Counted from the stretch's first letter, positions 1-12,974 are shown. The stretch: 64,000 nucleotides of DNA from Mobula hypostoma (GCF_963921235.1 NC_086108.1:22816001-22880000), one strand, 5' to 3'. Program-made: numbers and translations. Notes: a model not told the origin generated them from the sequence alone.

Positions 1-2060
1 CACATTTCTTCCGTACCTTTCCCTGAGAACATCTGTTCCCAATTTAAGCTTCCAAGTTCCTGCCTGATAGCCTCATAATTCCCCTTACTCCAATTAAACA
101 CTTTTCTAACTTGTCTGTTCCTATCTCTCTCCAATGCTATTGTAAAGGAGATAGAATTATGATCACTATCTCCAAAATGCTCTCCCACTGAGAGATCTGA
201 CACCCGACCAGGTTCATTTCCCAATACCAAATTAAGTACAATCTCTCCTCTTGTTGGCTTATCTACATATTGTGTCAAGAAACCTTCCTGAATACACCTA
301 ACAAACTCTACCCCATCTAAACCGTTTGCTCTAGGGAGATACCAATCGATATTTGGGAAATTAAAATCTCCCACCACGCCAACTCTGATTATTACTCCTT
401 TTCAGCATCTGTTTCCCTATCTGCTCCTCGATATCCCTGTTACTACTGGGCGGTCTATAAAAATCACCCAGTAGAATTATTGACCCCTTCCTGTTCCTAA
501 CCTCCACCCACAGAGACTCCGTAGACAATCCCTCCATGACATTCACCTTTTCTGCAGCCATGACACTATCTCTGATCAACAGTGCCATGCCCCACCTCTT
601 TTGTCTCTCTCCCTATCCTTTCTGAAACACCAAAACCCGGCACTTGAAGTAACCATTCCTGTCCCTGAGCCATCCAAGTCTCCGTAATGGCCACCACATC
701 ATAGCTCTAAGGTCATCCGCTTTGTTCACAATACTCCTTGTGTTAAAACAGACACATCTCAAACCGTCGGTCTGAGCATGTCCCTTCTTTATCACCTACC
801 TATCCTCCCTCACACACTGTCTACAAGCTTTCTCTATTTGTGAGCCAACCGCCTCTTCCCCAGTCTCTTCAATTCGGTTCCCACCCCCAACAATTCTAAT
901 TTAAACTCTCCCCAGTAGCCTTAGCAAACCTTCCCGCCAGGATATTGGCCCCCCTGGGATTCAAGTGCAACCTGTCCTTTTTGTACAGGTCACACCTGCC
1001 CCAAAACAGGTCCCAATGATCCAGAAATCTGAATCCCCGCCCCGTGCTCCAATCCCTCAGCCACGCATTTATCCTCCACCTCAATGTCACGTGGCACAGG
1101 CAGTAATCCCAAGATTACTACCTTTGCGGTCCTGCTTCTTAACTTCCTTCCTAGCTCCCTGTAGCCTGTTTTCAGGACCTTTTCCCTTTTCCTACCTATG
1201 TCGTTGGTACCAATATGTACTACGACCTCTGGCTGTTCTCCTTCCCACTTCAAGATATTGTGGACGCAATCAGAAACATCCTGGACCTTGGCACCTGGAA
1301 GGGAAACTACCATCCGAGTTTCTTTCCTGCATCCACAGAATCGCCTGTCTGACCCCCTAACTATAGAGTCCCCTATCACTGCTGCCTTTCTCTTCCTTTC
1401 CCTACCCTTCTGAGCCACAGGGACAGACTCTGTGCCAGCGGCACGGCCACTGTTGCTTCCCCCAGGTAGGCTGTCCCTCCCCCAACAGTACTCAAAACAG
1501 GAGTACTTATTGTTCAGGGGGATAGCCACAGGGGTATTCTCTAGTACCTGACTCTTCCCTTCTCTCTCCTGACTGTGACCCACTTGTCCGTCTCCCGAGG
1601 CCCCGGAGCGACCGCCTGCCTATGACTCCTTTCTATCACCTCCTTGCTCTCCCTGACCAGACGAAAGTCATCGAGCTGCAACTCCAGTTCCCTAGTGTGG
1701 TCCCTTAGGAGCTGCAGCTCGACACACTGGGTGCAGATATGGCCATCCGGGAGGCTGTGAGACTCCAGGACTTCCCACATCTGACACCGAGCACAGAACA
1801 CCAGCCTCACACACATACTTCCTCCTTTCCGCAAATAACACAGGTGAACCTACCTTGCCTCGTTCCATTACCACCCAAGCCCGTTGAGCCAAAGCCCTCA
1901 CACTCCACTGGCTGTTCCAAATGCTGCCTGCTGGATATGGCGGTCTTCTTTTTAAACTTTTTTCGCTCTACTGGCTGACATCACGTGCCTGCACAGTACT
2001 GCCTCTCTTTACCCTGAGTAGTAAAATGCCTTCTCTCCGAAAATCCTTAGCCATTCCACT
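1..2060 (-). mobile_element. CR1-clade LINE, 5' portion (5'UTR, ORF1, APE endonuclease start of ORF2); continues off the left edge
   Basis: Minus-strand ORF fragments: ORF1 pieces at 896-1834; ORF2 endonuclease start 'LRCVCFNTRSIVNKADDL' (613-795) and 'STESLWVEVRNRKGSIILLGDFYRPP' (361-588). Broken by frameshifts and stops. Confidence 0.9.
896..1834 (-). pseudogene. CR1 ORF1: N-terminal Cys-rich zinc-finger/coiled-coil plus SGNH-hydrolase (esterase) domain, frameshifted
   Basis: CARCQM...HICTQCVELQLL (1541-1834); SGNH blocks AVIGDSIVRG, LPGAKV, HIGTNDI (990-1583) and KDRLHLN (896-1090). Confidence 0.88.
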
Positions 2061-2062
2061 CA

Positions 2063-2265
2063 CAGCCTTCTTGCTTCGAATCCTTCTAAATTCCAGTGAG
2101 TACAGACCCAAAGCCATCAAACGTTCCTCATATGATAACCCTTTCATTTCTGGAATCATCCTTGTGAACCTCCTCTGAATCCTCTCAATGCCAGTTCATC
2201 TTTTCTTAGATATGGAGGCCAAAGCTGTTCACAGTCTTTGAGGTGGGGCCTCACAATGCCTTATA
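2063..2265 (-). mobile_element. CR1 ORF2 C-terminal fragment
   Basis: MIPEMKGLSYEERLMALGLYSLEFRR, a typical CR1 ORF2 C-terminal motif, also seen in the 8633-9013 ORF. Confidence 0.8.
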
Positions 2266-2269
2266 AAAA

Positions 2270-2935
2270 TGGTTACACGAGCAAATCCTGGATTTCAATG
2301 CTACTGTGAATGGGTTTACAACAATACGAGCAGACAGAGTTAATCCACAGTGCAGTAAGAGGAAGTGAGGTGGGCTTGCTGTGCTTGTGAACAATAGCTC
2401 GTGTATTCCTGGTCACATTTCGGTGAAAGAACAAATCTGCAGTCTAGACATTGAACCGCTTGCTGTAAGTTTGCGTCTGTTTTGTCTACCACGTGGGTTC
2501 AGCCATGCCAGATTGCTCTTGTCTACATTCAGCCTTCCTGATGCAGTCCCGATACTGCATGTGATGTCATACACGCTACTATTGCGAGTCTTCAGACTCA
2601 ACACCCCAGTGTGTTTATTGCAGTACTGGGAGACTTTAACCACATTTCTCTCTCAACAACCTGACCCATCTTTGAACAGTTTGTCAAGTGCCATACAAGA
2701 GAAAATAAAACACTGGATCTCTTGTAAGCAAATGTTGAAGATGCATACAGCTCCACAGCTCTTCCCCACCCACCCCCCACCACCACTTCAAAGATCAGAT
2801 CACAACCTGATTCACTTCATGCTCTTATATAAGCCCAAAGTACTGCAACAGCTAGTTACCACCAAGACAGTAATAATATGGTCTCCAGAGGCCATCGAGG
2901 CCTTGAAGGGCTGCTTTGAGGTTACAGACTGGACC
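2270..2935 (+). mobile_element. Rex1/Babar- or L2-like LINE endonuclease fragment
   Basis: Frame-broken APE motifs: RADR, 'IEPLAVSLRLFCLPRGFS', GDFNH (ggagactttaaccac), LDL, 'RSDHNLI', 'EALKGCFEVTDW'. Confidence 0.7.
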
Positions 2936-3890
2936 TAGAGCATGGATCAGTATATGGAATTATAACGCTGTAGTCATTATGGAGACATGGCTGTCACAAG
3001 GCAGGAATGGCTGCTAGATGCTTCAGGGTTTAGATGCTTCAAAAGAGATGGAGGGAGGTAAAAGAGTTGAGGGAGGGGCATTCCTCATCAGGGATCGTAT
3101 TATGGCTGCAGAAAAGGAGGATGTTGTGGAGGGATTGTCTACTGAGTCATTGTGGGTGTATGTCAGAAACAGGAAGGGAACAGTCACTCCATTGGGAGTA
3201 TTCTACAGATGCCCAATAGAAACAGAGATACCAAAGAACAGATCAGGAACAGATTTTGCAAAGGTGCAAAAGTAACGGTTGTTGTCATGGGTGATTGTAA
3301 TGTCACTAATATTGATTAGCACCTCCCTGGTGCTAAAGATTTAGATGGGGCAGAATTTATGTGTGCCCAGAAAGGATTTCTGACAGTATGCAGACAGGCA
3401 AACTAGAGAGGCTATACTGGATCTGATACTAAGCAATGAACTTGGTCAGGTGACAGATCTCTCGGTGCATAACTACAATTCTTTTACATTCGACTGGGAT
3501 AGGAGCAGATGATATGGAAAAGTACTTAATTTGCAAAAATTGATTATGATGCTATTAGACAGGAACTTGGGACATAAATTGGGAATCGATGTACTCAGGG
3601 AAATGCACATTGGAAATGTGGAGATTGTTTAAGGAGCTCTTGCAGGGGGTTCTGGATAGGTTGAGACAGGGAAAGGATAGTAGGGTGAAGGAATCATGGT
3701 TGACATGAGAATTCAAACATCCATTCAGAGGAATAAAGAAGCTTACTTAAGGTATAGGAAGCAAAGATCAGACAGGGCGCTAGAAAGTTACAAGGTAGCT
3801 AGCAAGGAGATTATGAAGGGATTTAGGAGAGCTAGAAGGGTACATGAGAAGGACTTGGCGAGTCAGATTAAGGAAAATCTCCAAGCTATT
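2936..3890 (+). mobile_element. CR1 ORF2 endonuclease/linker fragment
   Basis: 'GLSTESLWVYVRNRKGTVTPLGVFYR' (3018-3275), similar to the 361-588 peptide; 'RRARRVHEKDLASQIKEN' (3696-3880). Confidence 0.82.
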
Positions 3891-6508
3891 TGCACGTGGA
3901 GTGAGCTGGAGACAGTTCCATGTGTACTTTATGCACCAGTTTTAAACAAATGGGGCCTATTAGGACTTGTCAGTGGAGCGAGAGATCATTGGAGTGAGTT
4001 GGAGACAATTCCTTGTGGCCTTTGATGCCAAGTTTAAAAAACGACTGGGGTTTATTGAGATTTGTCTGCAGAGTAGAAGATTGCTTGGGTTAATAATAAC
4101 TAGGGTTAATTAGCAAGGGCCAACAGAAGAGGTGGGGGTTGAACAGAACAGCCATTGTTGGAGCAGCCTTTGTGTGAGTGGATAGTGTTGGAGTGGTCAG
4201 CATTGGCTCAACAGCTTTGGACGAGAACAGGCTAGAACTTAAATTTAAGAAGTTAGAAGCATAATGTGTAGGCAGGATGATAGTTTGGGCTTTGGAATGC
4301 TCCTCCTGTGAGATGCAGGATTTCAGGGTACATAATGGTCTCCCTGATGGCTACATCTGCAGGAAATGCTTCAGCTCCTGACTGACACGGTTAATGATTG
4401 GAGCTAGAGCTGTTCGCACTCTGGACCACCTGGGAGGCTGAAATCTTCATAGATGAGTCTTTTACTGAGGTGGTCATACTCAGAGCACAGGCTTCAGATA
4501 GTAGATGGGTGACCACCAGCAGAAGCAAGGGGAGTAAGCAGTCAGTGCAGAGTTCCCCTGTGGCTATTTCCCTCAGCAACAAGTATACCCCTTTGGATAC
4601 TGCTGGGGGAGAGATGACCTATCATGGTACAGTAGCAGCAGCCAGGCCAGTGGCACTGTGGCCAGCTCTGAGGCTCAGCAGGGAAGGGTAAAGTCAGGCA
4701 GGGCGATAATGATAGGGGACTTGATAATTTGGGGGATGGGCAAGAGATTCTGTGGGTCCAAAAGAGATGTCAGGATTGTGTGTTGCCTAGGTGTTAGGGT
4801 CCAGGAAGCCTTGGAGTAGCTGCAGAAAATTCTCAAGAGGGAGGGTGAGCAACTAGAGGTTATAGTGCACAATGGCACCAATGCTGTAGGTAGAAAGGGG
4901 GGAGAGGTCCTGTACAGTGAGTATAGGGAGTTAGGGAAAAGACTGAAGAGCAGGGTCTCCAGGGTAGCGATCTCTGTATTACCCCCAGTGCTATATGTTA
5001 GTCAGGGCAGGAATAAGATAATAGTACAGATAAATGAGTGGCTGAGGAGGTGGAGCAGGGGACAGGGTTTCAGATTTCAGGATATTTGGGATCTCTTCTG
5101 TGGAAAGTACTGTATGATCTGTACAAAAAGGATGGGTTACACCCAAGCTAAACGGGGACCAATATCATTGCAGGCAGGTTTGCTCGAGCTGTTAGGGAGG
5201 GTTTAAACTGTTAATAGGGGATGGGAACTGGAATGATAGGGCTGAGGATGGGGCAGTTGGTATACAAGATGATGCAATGTATAGTGAGACTGTGATGATG
5301 GGCAGGCATATTATAGGGCAACATTGCAGTCAGTGGCATGAGCTGAAGTATAACATAGGGGCAAAATCAAAAAGGGTGATGAATACAGGACTAAAGGTGT
5401 TATATGTGAATGCACACAGTATATGGACCAAGGTAGATGATCTTGTGCGGTTAGAGATTGTCAGGTATGATATACTATGAGAGTCACTGAGACATGGCTG
5501 AAAGAAATCAAGGTTGGGAGTTTATGTCAAAAGGACAGGCAGGTAGGCAGAGGTGGTGGGTGGCTCTGTCAGTAAAAATTGAGAGTTAACACAGAATCAG
5601 AGGATGTAGAATCCATGTGGGTAGAGTTCAGAAACTGCGAGGGTAAAAAGACACTGATGGAAATTACAGAAAGACCCCAGGACTGTTACAATGGGAGAGA
5701 GAAAAGGCATGTATAAAGGGCAATGTTACTATAATCATTCGGGATTTCAATATGCAGGGAGATTGGGAAAATCAATTTGCTGCTGGATTCCAAGACAGGA
5801 AAACTGTAGGAGTGCCTACAAGATAGATTTTTAGAGCAGCTTGTGAGTTGAGCCCACTAGGGGAGAGGAAATTCTGGATTGGGTGCTGTGTGATGAACCA
5901 GATTTGATTAGGGAGCTGAAGGTAAAGGAACACCTAAGAATCAGTGATCATAATGTGATATAAATTGCCTTGCAGTTTGAGAGGGAGAAGATACAGTTAG
6001 ATGTATCTGTAATACAGTGGAGTAAGGGGGATTTCAGAGGCATGAGAAAGGACCTGGCCAAGGTTGAGTAGGAAGGGACACTAGTGGGGATGATAGCGGA
6101 ACAACAATGGCTAGAGTTTCTGGGAGTAATTTGAAAGGCACAGGATAGATATATCCCAAAGATGAAGTATTCTAAAGAGAAGATGAAGCAATCTTGGGTG
6201 ACAAGGGAAATAAAAGACAACAGAAAAGCAAAACAGAGGGCATTTATAATATAACAAAAATAGTGTGAATTTAGAGCATTGGGAAGCTTTTAAAAACCAC
6301 CAGAAGGCAACTAAAAAGCCATAAGGAGGGAAAAGATGAAATATAAAGTAAACTAGTTAAAAATATGAAAGAGGATACAACACTTTTTCAGATAAAGAAT
6401 AAAAGAGAGGCGAGAGTGGACATCATGCCTTTGGAAAATGATACTGGAGAGGTAGTAATGTGAGACAACTAAATAGTTGATTAACTTACTAAGTATTTTG
6501 CGTTAGTC

Positions 6509-7697
6509 CGGCGGTCCCCAACCACCGGGCCGCAAGGCATGCGCTACTGGGCCGCGAGGAAACGATATGATTTGGCGATTGGAGTCAGCGGCACCTTTCC
6601 CTGTCACGCCCACTGTTGAGCCATTACGCATGCGGGGTTATTACCCGCGCGTCATCCACGGCAGCGCGGGAAGAAGATCAACTCCTCGAGCTTGCAAATG
6701 ACGACGGGCTGAAAAGTCTGTTTGACATAACATCTCTGCCGGCATTCTGGATCAAAGTCAAGGCTAAATATCCTGAGATAGTCAGGAAAGCACTGAAAAC
6801 GTTGCTTCCATTTCCAACATATCTCTGCAATGAATGCAACGAAAACTAAATTGTGGAATAGACTGGACATAAGGATCCCCCTTCGAGTATCACTGTCTCC
6901 CATCACCCCTCGATGGCACCGCCTTGTTGCAGGGAACAAGTATTCAGCCCAGGGCTCCCACTGATTCAGCGATATTGGTGTGTTGCAATGATTTTATACG
7001 TTCATACGGGGAAAATATGCGCTGTGTGTTTGATAAACAAACGTTACTTAAAATGTTATAATGCTATTATAAGTGACTTATATAACCATGTAACAATTAC
7101 GGCACGGAAATAGGCGATCTCTGCCCTTCTAATCCGTGCCGAATGCTACTCTCACCTAGTCCCACCGACCTGCACTCAGGCCATAACCCTCCATTCCTTT
7201 CCTGTCCATATACCTATCCAATTTTTCTTTAAATGATAATATCGAACCTTCCTCTACCACTTCTACTGGAAGTTCGTTCAACACTTCAAGCTCCCCTGTC
7301 CTCCCCTGGTAATTGTCTTATCGCTATATTCATGCGAGGAAAATATGCGCTGTGTATTTAGTATTAAATTCGTTAGATAAACCCTTTTAGAAACGAAATT
7401 GATTGTATTAGCCACTTATCACCTATATTCCGGTCGTGATTAATACCCGCCGCCGCCGCCAACAGAATCGGCAAAAACAATTTTTAAGAAATCGGCACGG
7501 AAACGCATACGCAAGATACGCATGCGCATTGGTGCCCGCGCAAGGCTTCATGGTCATTGTAGTCTTCCACGGGGTAAACCCAACGTATTTGACTGCTACT
7601 CTTGTACGTTAGCAACCCTACCCCCCGGTGGGCCGGTCCGCAAGAATATTGTCAAAATGAAACCGGTCCGCAGTACGAAAAAGGTTGGGGACCCCTG
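6509..7697 (+). mobile_element. Internally deleted hAT DNA transposon (Buster/Charlie-like), non-autonomous
   Basis: Exact 8-bp TSD CGTTAGTC at 6501-6508 and 7698-7705; 15-bp TIRs CGGCGGTCCCCAACC and reverse complement CAGGGGTCCCCAACC (13/15 match); hAT C-terminal dimerisation remnant 'SLPAFWIKVKAKYPEIVRKALKTLLPFPTYLC' (6616-6849). Confidence 0.93.
7081..7285 (-). mobile_element. CR1-type 3' tail fragment nested inside the hAT element
   Basis: 'ccataaccctccattcctttcctgtccatatacctatcc...cctctaccacttctactggaagttcgttc' resembles the reverse-strand CR1 3' ends at about 13000-13150, 14100-14300 and 31440-31630. Confidence 0.65.
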
Positions 7698-10026
7698 CGT
7701 TAGTCTACACTGTTGAAGACACTTGCAGAATGCCATAAGTTCGAGAGTTTTGGGGCAGAAGTGAGTGCTGTTTCTATTACTAAGGAGAAGATGCATGGGA
7801 AGCTGAAAAATCTGAAGGTAGGTAAGTCATCCGGACCAGATGGACTACACCTGAGGGTTCTAAAAGAGGTGGCTGAAAAGGTTGTGGAGGTATTGGTAAT
7901 AATCTTTCAAGAATCACTGGATTCTGGAATGTTTTTGGAGGACTGGAAAATTGCAAATATCACTCCACTCTTTAAGAAAGGAAGGAGGCAGAAGAAAGGA
8001 AATTATAGGCCAGTTAGCCTCACTTCATTGGTTGGGAAGACTTTGGAGTCAGTTATTAAGGATGAGGTTTCAGGGTACTTGGAGACACATGAAGAAGTTG
8101 GCCAATGTCAGCATGGTTTCCTTAAGGGGAGATCTTGCCTGACAAATCTGTTGTAATTCTTTGAGGATGTAGCAGTCTAGATAGACAGAGGAGATTCAGT
8201 GGATATTGTTTACTTGGATTTTCAGAAGGCCTTTGACAAGATGCCGTACATGAAGTTGCTTATGAAGGTAAGAGCCCATGGTATTAAAGGAAATATGCTA
8301 GCATAGATGGAAGGAGGCAGCGAGTGGGAATAATGGGGGCCTTTTCTGGTTGGCTGCTGACAACAAGTTGTGTTCCACATGAGGCAGTAATTGGACCTCT
8401 TCTTTTCATGTTGTAAGTCAACTATCTGGGTGATGGAATTGATGGCCTTTTGGCCAAGATTGCAGATGATGCAAAGATAGGTGGAGGGGTAGGTATTGTT
8501 GAGGAAGTAGGGAGTCTACAGAAGGATTTAGATTGGGAGAATGGGCAAAGCAGTGGCAGATGGAATAGCATGTATGGAAGAGTATGGTCATGCATTTTGG
8601 GAGAAGGAATAAAGGTGTACACTATTTTCTAAGTGGGAAAAAAAACTGAGAAATCAGAGGTGCAAAGGGACTTGGAAGTCCGTATGCAGGATTCCCTAAA
8701 GGTTAATTTGCAGGTTGAGTTGATGGTAAGAAAGGCAAATGCAATGTTAGCATTCATTTTGAGAGGACTAAAAAATAAGAGCAAGGATGTGATGCTGAGG
8801 CTTTATAAGCCATTGGTGAGGCTGCACCTGGAGTGTTGTGATCAATTTTTGGCCCCTTATCTAAGAAAAGATATGCTGACAATGGAAAGGGTCCAAAGGA
8901 GGTTCACAAGAATGATTCCGGGAATGAAAGGGTTAACATATCAGGAGCGTTTGGTGGCTTTGCGACTGAACTCACTGGAGTTTAGAAGAATGAGTGGGGA
9001 GGGATCTTATTGAAACCTATTTAATATTGAAATGTCTAGACAGTCTGGATGTGGAGAGGATGTTTTCTATAGTGGATGAGCCTAGGATCAGAGGGCACAG
9101 CCTCAGAATAGAGGGATGTCCATTTAAAACAGAGATGAGAAGGAATTTCTTTTGCCAAAGGTGGTGAATCTGTGATACGCATTGCCACAGATGGCAGTGG
9201 AGGTCAAGATATTGATTACATGTAAAGCAGAGTTGATAGGAGAATGTGGTTGAGAGGGATAATAAATCGACCATGATGGAATGGTGGAGCAGAGTCAATG
9301 GGCCAAGTGTCCTAATTCTGCTCCTTTAATCTTATGGTGTGTGTGAAAATATCCAGAATGAATGTAGGACTGCTCATGGACAACAGACGAAGCATTTGAC
9401 TAGAGTTTGAAGACAAATGGGTCTTTAATCAATGTTTTGCTTTGTATTCACCAGTGAGAGTGACCTTCATGAATGTGAGGTCAGTGTAGAACATGCTGAT
9501 ATGCTGGAAAATGTTCAGGTTAGGAAAGAGCATTTGAATTGCTGTACCACACCAAGGTAACATAGAAGGATAGAAAACACCTCCTTTGATGAGTGGTCAG
9601 ACCAAATAGGTTAAACTTAGTTAGAACTATGCACTTGAAAAGCTTCCTTAACTAAAGAACTTGGATATCTGGAATTCATTCTGAAATGTTGAGACTAGTC
9701 AATTTACACTTTTAAATAGATTTTTCGTGGCAGGTTTAAGAGGAATAGGTGCTCAAGTTGGGAATGTGGAAATAAGACTTAGAATTATCTACATTTCACA
9801 AGGAATGATGTGTCAGTTGCTAAGTGATCTGCTGTCAGACCTGTGTTTCTGATCAGTTCAAGTTCAAATTTAATGTTATTCAACCGCTAACCAAAACAAT
9901 GTTCCTCTGGACCAAGGTGCACAGCACAGTGTATATAACTCACACACATTATATAAAGTATTATTACCACAAACAATAGAATGTATTCCAGAAGATTGAC
10001 ATTTAGTGTAAGGTGCAATTACAAGA

Positions 10027-12410
10027 CAAGATTCAGGATTCAAGATTGTTTCATATCATTTCCAGTACACAGGTGTAAAGGAGAACAAAATCATTGCTAC
10101 TCCAGATCTGATGCAGCATGAAAAATACAATAAGATAAAGAACATAATAATAAAAAAAGCACAATAAATATAAATAAATTAGATAACATGTACATTGACT
10201 GTATGTCTATAAAGTGATGCTGGGTACAGGAGTGTCAGTACACAAGGTGACTCTAATGGGAAATGATAAAGTCATGATGGTGATGGTGGGGTGTGGAGAG
10301 AGGTGGGTTAGTGTGTGAAGAAGGTATTGATCAGCCTTACCTCCTGGGGAAAGAAACTGCTTTTGAGTCTGGTGGTCCTGGCTTGGATGCTGTCCAGCCT
10401 CCTACCTGAGGGGAGTAGGACAAATAGTCCATGGGCAGGACGGATCGGATCCTTCATGATTTTGCTGCCTTTTTTCTGGCGCCTTTCTGTGTATATGTCC
10501 TTGATGATGGGTAGGCTGGTGCCAGTGATGCGTTGGGCAGTTTTGACTACTTGCTGCAGATACTTACTGTCCGCTGCAGTGCAGTTTCCGTACCATGCAG
10601 TGATGCAGCATGTTAGGATGCTCTCTACTGTGCATCTACAGAAGGAAATGAGTATAGATGTGCATAGTCCAGCCCTCTTCAGCCTCCTCAGAAAGTAGAG
10701 GCAATGGTGAGCTTTCTTGATTCTGGAGAATGTGTTCTGGGGCCATGACAGTGTGTGCACTCCCAAGAGTTCAAAACTGCTTGTAATTTCCACTGCTGTG
10801 CCACCGATGTGAAGAGGTGGGTGAATGGTGAGAGTGCACCAGAAGTTGATAACTCTCTCCTTTGTCTTATTGACACTAAGGAAGAGGTGATTTGCCTGCA
10901 CCAGGCCTTGAGTTCTTCTGCTTCCTCTCAAAGGGCCAACTCATCATTGGTGATGAGCCCCACCACTGTTATGTCATTGGCGTCCTTGACAATGTGATTA
11001 CTCGGCTGCTTGACCGTGCAGTCGTGTGTGAGCTGAGTGTACAGTAATAGGCTCAGCACACAGCCCTGGGTGGCACCGGTATTGATGACGATGGGGAGGG
11101 AGGAGCGGTTCTGCATCCTGACTATCTGAGGTCTGTTGGTGCACAGTGCTGTATTTAGAATAAAGAGTCGGCATTTGGTCAGCAAGGTCTGTGGGACAAG
11201 TTTTGAATGCTGAACTGAAATCCAGAAACTGCATTCTGACATTAAGTGCCCTTGTTTTCTAGGTGTGTCAGGGCCAGGTGCATGACAGATGCTATGGCAT
11301 CTGTGTAGAGCAGTTCTGTCAGTAAGCATATTGGTGAGTGTCCTGTGTGCCAGAAATGGAGCTTTTGATGTGTGCTGTTACCAGCCATTCAAAGCATTTC
11401 ATGATGATTGGCGTCATTGCCACCGGACAGTAGTCATTTAGTTCTGAAAGTGTAGAGTTCTTTGGTATGGGGATGATGGGTGGGTGAAGTGTTGAAGGTG
11501 TCCAAAAAGACATTAGTCAGCTGGTGTGCATACTCCCTGAGTCCTTGGCTTGGGATGTTGTCTGGCCCAGAATCTTGTGTTGCATGCCTCAGACATGCAT
11601 ACAAGTTGTTTAGCGTGCTGGGAAGGGAGGCGTCACTGTTATAGTCATTACTGGTACATTGGTTTATTGGATAGATGTTCCTGAATTTTTTGTGCGTAGG
11701 CAGTCTTCGCCCTCTTGATACCTAAGATAAAGTTTCTTCTGACTGTTACATCTCTAGACTTATCATCTTGGGATTTTAGTAGGGAGCACACCTCTGTGAT
11801 CAGGGCTTCTGGATGGGCCGTGAGATGACTGTTCTTGGGTACTGATGTCATCTACACAGTTACAGGTGAAGGCATTGTCAGATGTGGCATATTCCTTGAG
11901 GCCTGTGGCTTATTTGTTCGTGGAGGCCTCCGTGAACATCTGCCAGTTAGTCCATTGAAAACAGTCCTGAAGCATAGAGATTGCCTCGTTAGGCCATACA
12001 GTGATGGTCCTCTTGACCGATTTCTCCATTTTCAGCAGCAGTCAGTATGATGGCATTAACATCATGGAGATGTGATCAGAGAGGCCAAGATGAGGGCATG
12101 GGATGGCTTTGTAAGTATTACATCTGATTGTACAAACATGATCGACACTGTTTGTTCCCCTAGTGGCCATGGTGACATGTTGATGGAATTTGGGTAAAAT
12201 GTCCTCTGGGTTAACATGATTGAAGTCTCCTGCAATTATGAAGAGTCTGCCCAGATGTTTGTTTTGTAGAGAGTGATGATACTGTAAAGCTCTCCCAGTG
12301 CGTCCTTGGCGTTTGTGCTCGGGGGATGTAGACAACGGTGAGGAACAGAACAGTAAACTCCCTGAGCAGGTAATGTGGTCAGCATTTAATTGTAAGAAGT
12401 TCAATTGCCT
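10027..12410 (-). mobile_element. Rex1/Babar-like LINE, decayed and internally deleted
   Basis: EN motifs 'FIIAGDFNH' and 'PHLGLSDH'; RT motifs '[18 protein letters not shown]', 'FLDFSSAF', 'TGATQGCVLSLLLY'; C-terminus 'LYFLRRLKRAGL...ESILTCCITAWYGNC...ARTTRLKSSFFP'; short (caagatt)n-like tail near 10027-10050. Confidence 0.88.
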
Positions 12411-12559
12411 CAGAACAGTGACAGCTAACTACGGGTGAGATTGTGCACCAACCTTTGATAAGGTCCAAATCTTAGAAATCCAAAAGAGGTGGAATCCATG
12501 TGTACATTAACAAAGATTGGTGCACAATCTCTCATTATTACATAAACCTTCAGTTTTCC

Positions 12560-12828
12560 CTGTAAGGAATTTGTAAGTCCTCCCCATGGAATGTGTGGGT
12601 TTCCTCCAGGGGCTCTGGTTTCTCCATGGAATGTGTGGGTTTCCTCTGGGGGCTCCAGTTTCCCCATGGAATGTGTGAGTTTCCTCCCACAGTTCAGATA
12701 CATACCGGTTAGTAGGTTAATTGGTGATTGTAAATTGTCCCTTGATGAGGCTAGGGTTAAATCAGAGGTTGCTGGCTGGCACGGCTCCAAGGGCCCATTC
12801 TACACTTTACTTCTAAATAAATAGATAA
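12560..12828 (+). mobile_element. SINE fragment (V-SINE-like core) with an internal 40-bp triplication
   Basis: Motif 'tgtgtgggtttcctcc...gctccagtttcc...cctcccacagt' followed by 'taattggtgattgtaaattgtcc' and an A-rich end 'taaataaatagataa'; 40-bp units start at 12581, 12621 and 12661. Confidence 0.6.
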
Positions 12829-12974
12829 TGTTGCCGTGTGGCTGAATGCCTTTTCCAATTCTCCAGAGTTGGGAGCCTTCCACCATTCTACATTAATAAA
12901 ATGTGTTAAGCTAGGTTTGTTTAGCGGTCAGTTCAATAGATTGAGAAAAAACAATCCCAACTTTTCTCTCATGG

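Larger units (their letters stand above)
3895..9340 (+). mobile_element. Near-full-length decayed CR1 LINE (ORF1 esterase, endonuclease, RT, 3' tail), interrupted by a hAT insertion
   Basis: ORF1 pieces at 4398-5206; EN start 'LKVLYVNAHSI' (about 5390); RT motifs 'PLFKKGRRQKKGNYRPVSLTS', 'QHGFLKGRSCLTNLL', 'KIADDAKIGG'; C-terminus 'RVQRRFTRMIPGMKGLTYQERL'; 3' tail 'cctaattctgctcct...cttatgg' near 9310-9340. Confidence 0.9.

Noticed and set aside
965..1360. 131-aa Pro-rich plus-strand ORF
   Set aside because: Antisense shadow of CR1 ORF1.
6616..6849. Domesticated ZBED/Buster host gene exon
   Set aside because: Lies between TIRs with a TSD, is frameshifted after PTYLC, and lacks the catalytic region.
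10315..10698. Hydrophobic 127-aa plus-strand ORF
   Set aside because: Antisense shadow of the Rex1-like ORF at 10308-10931.
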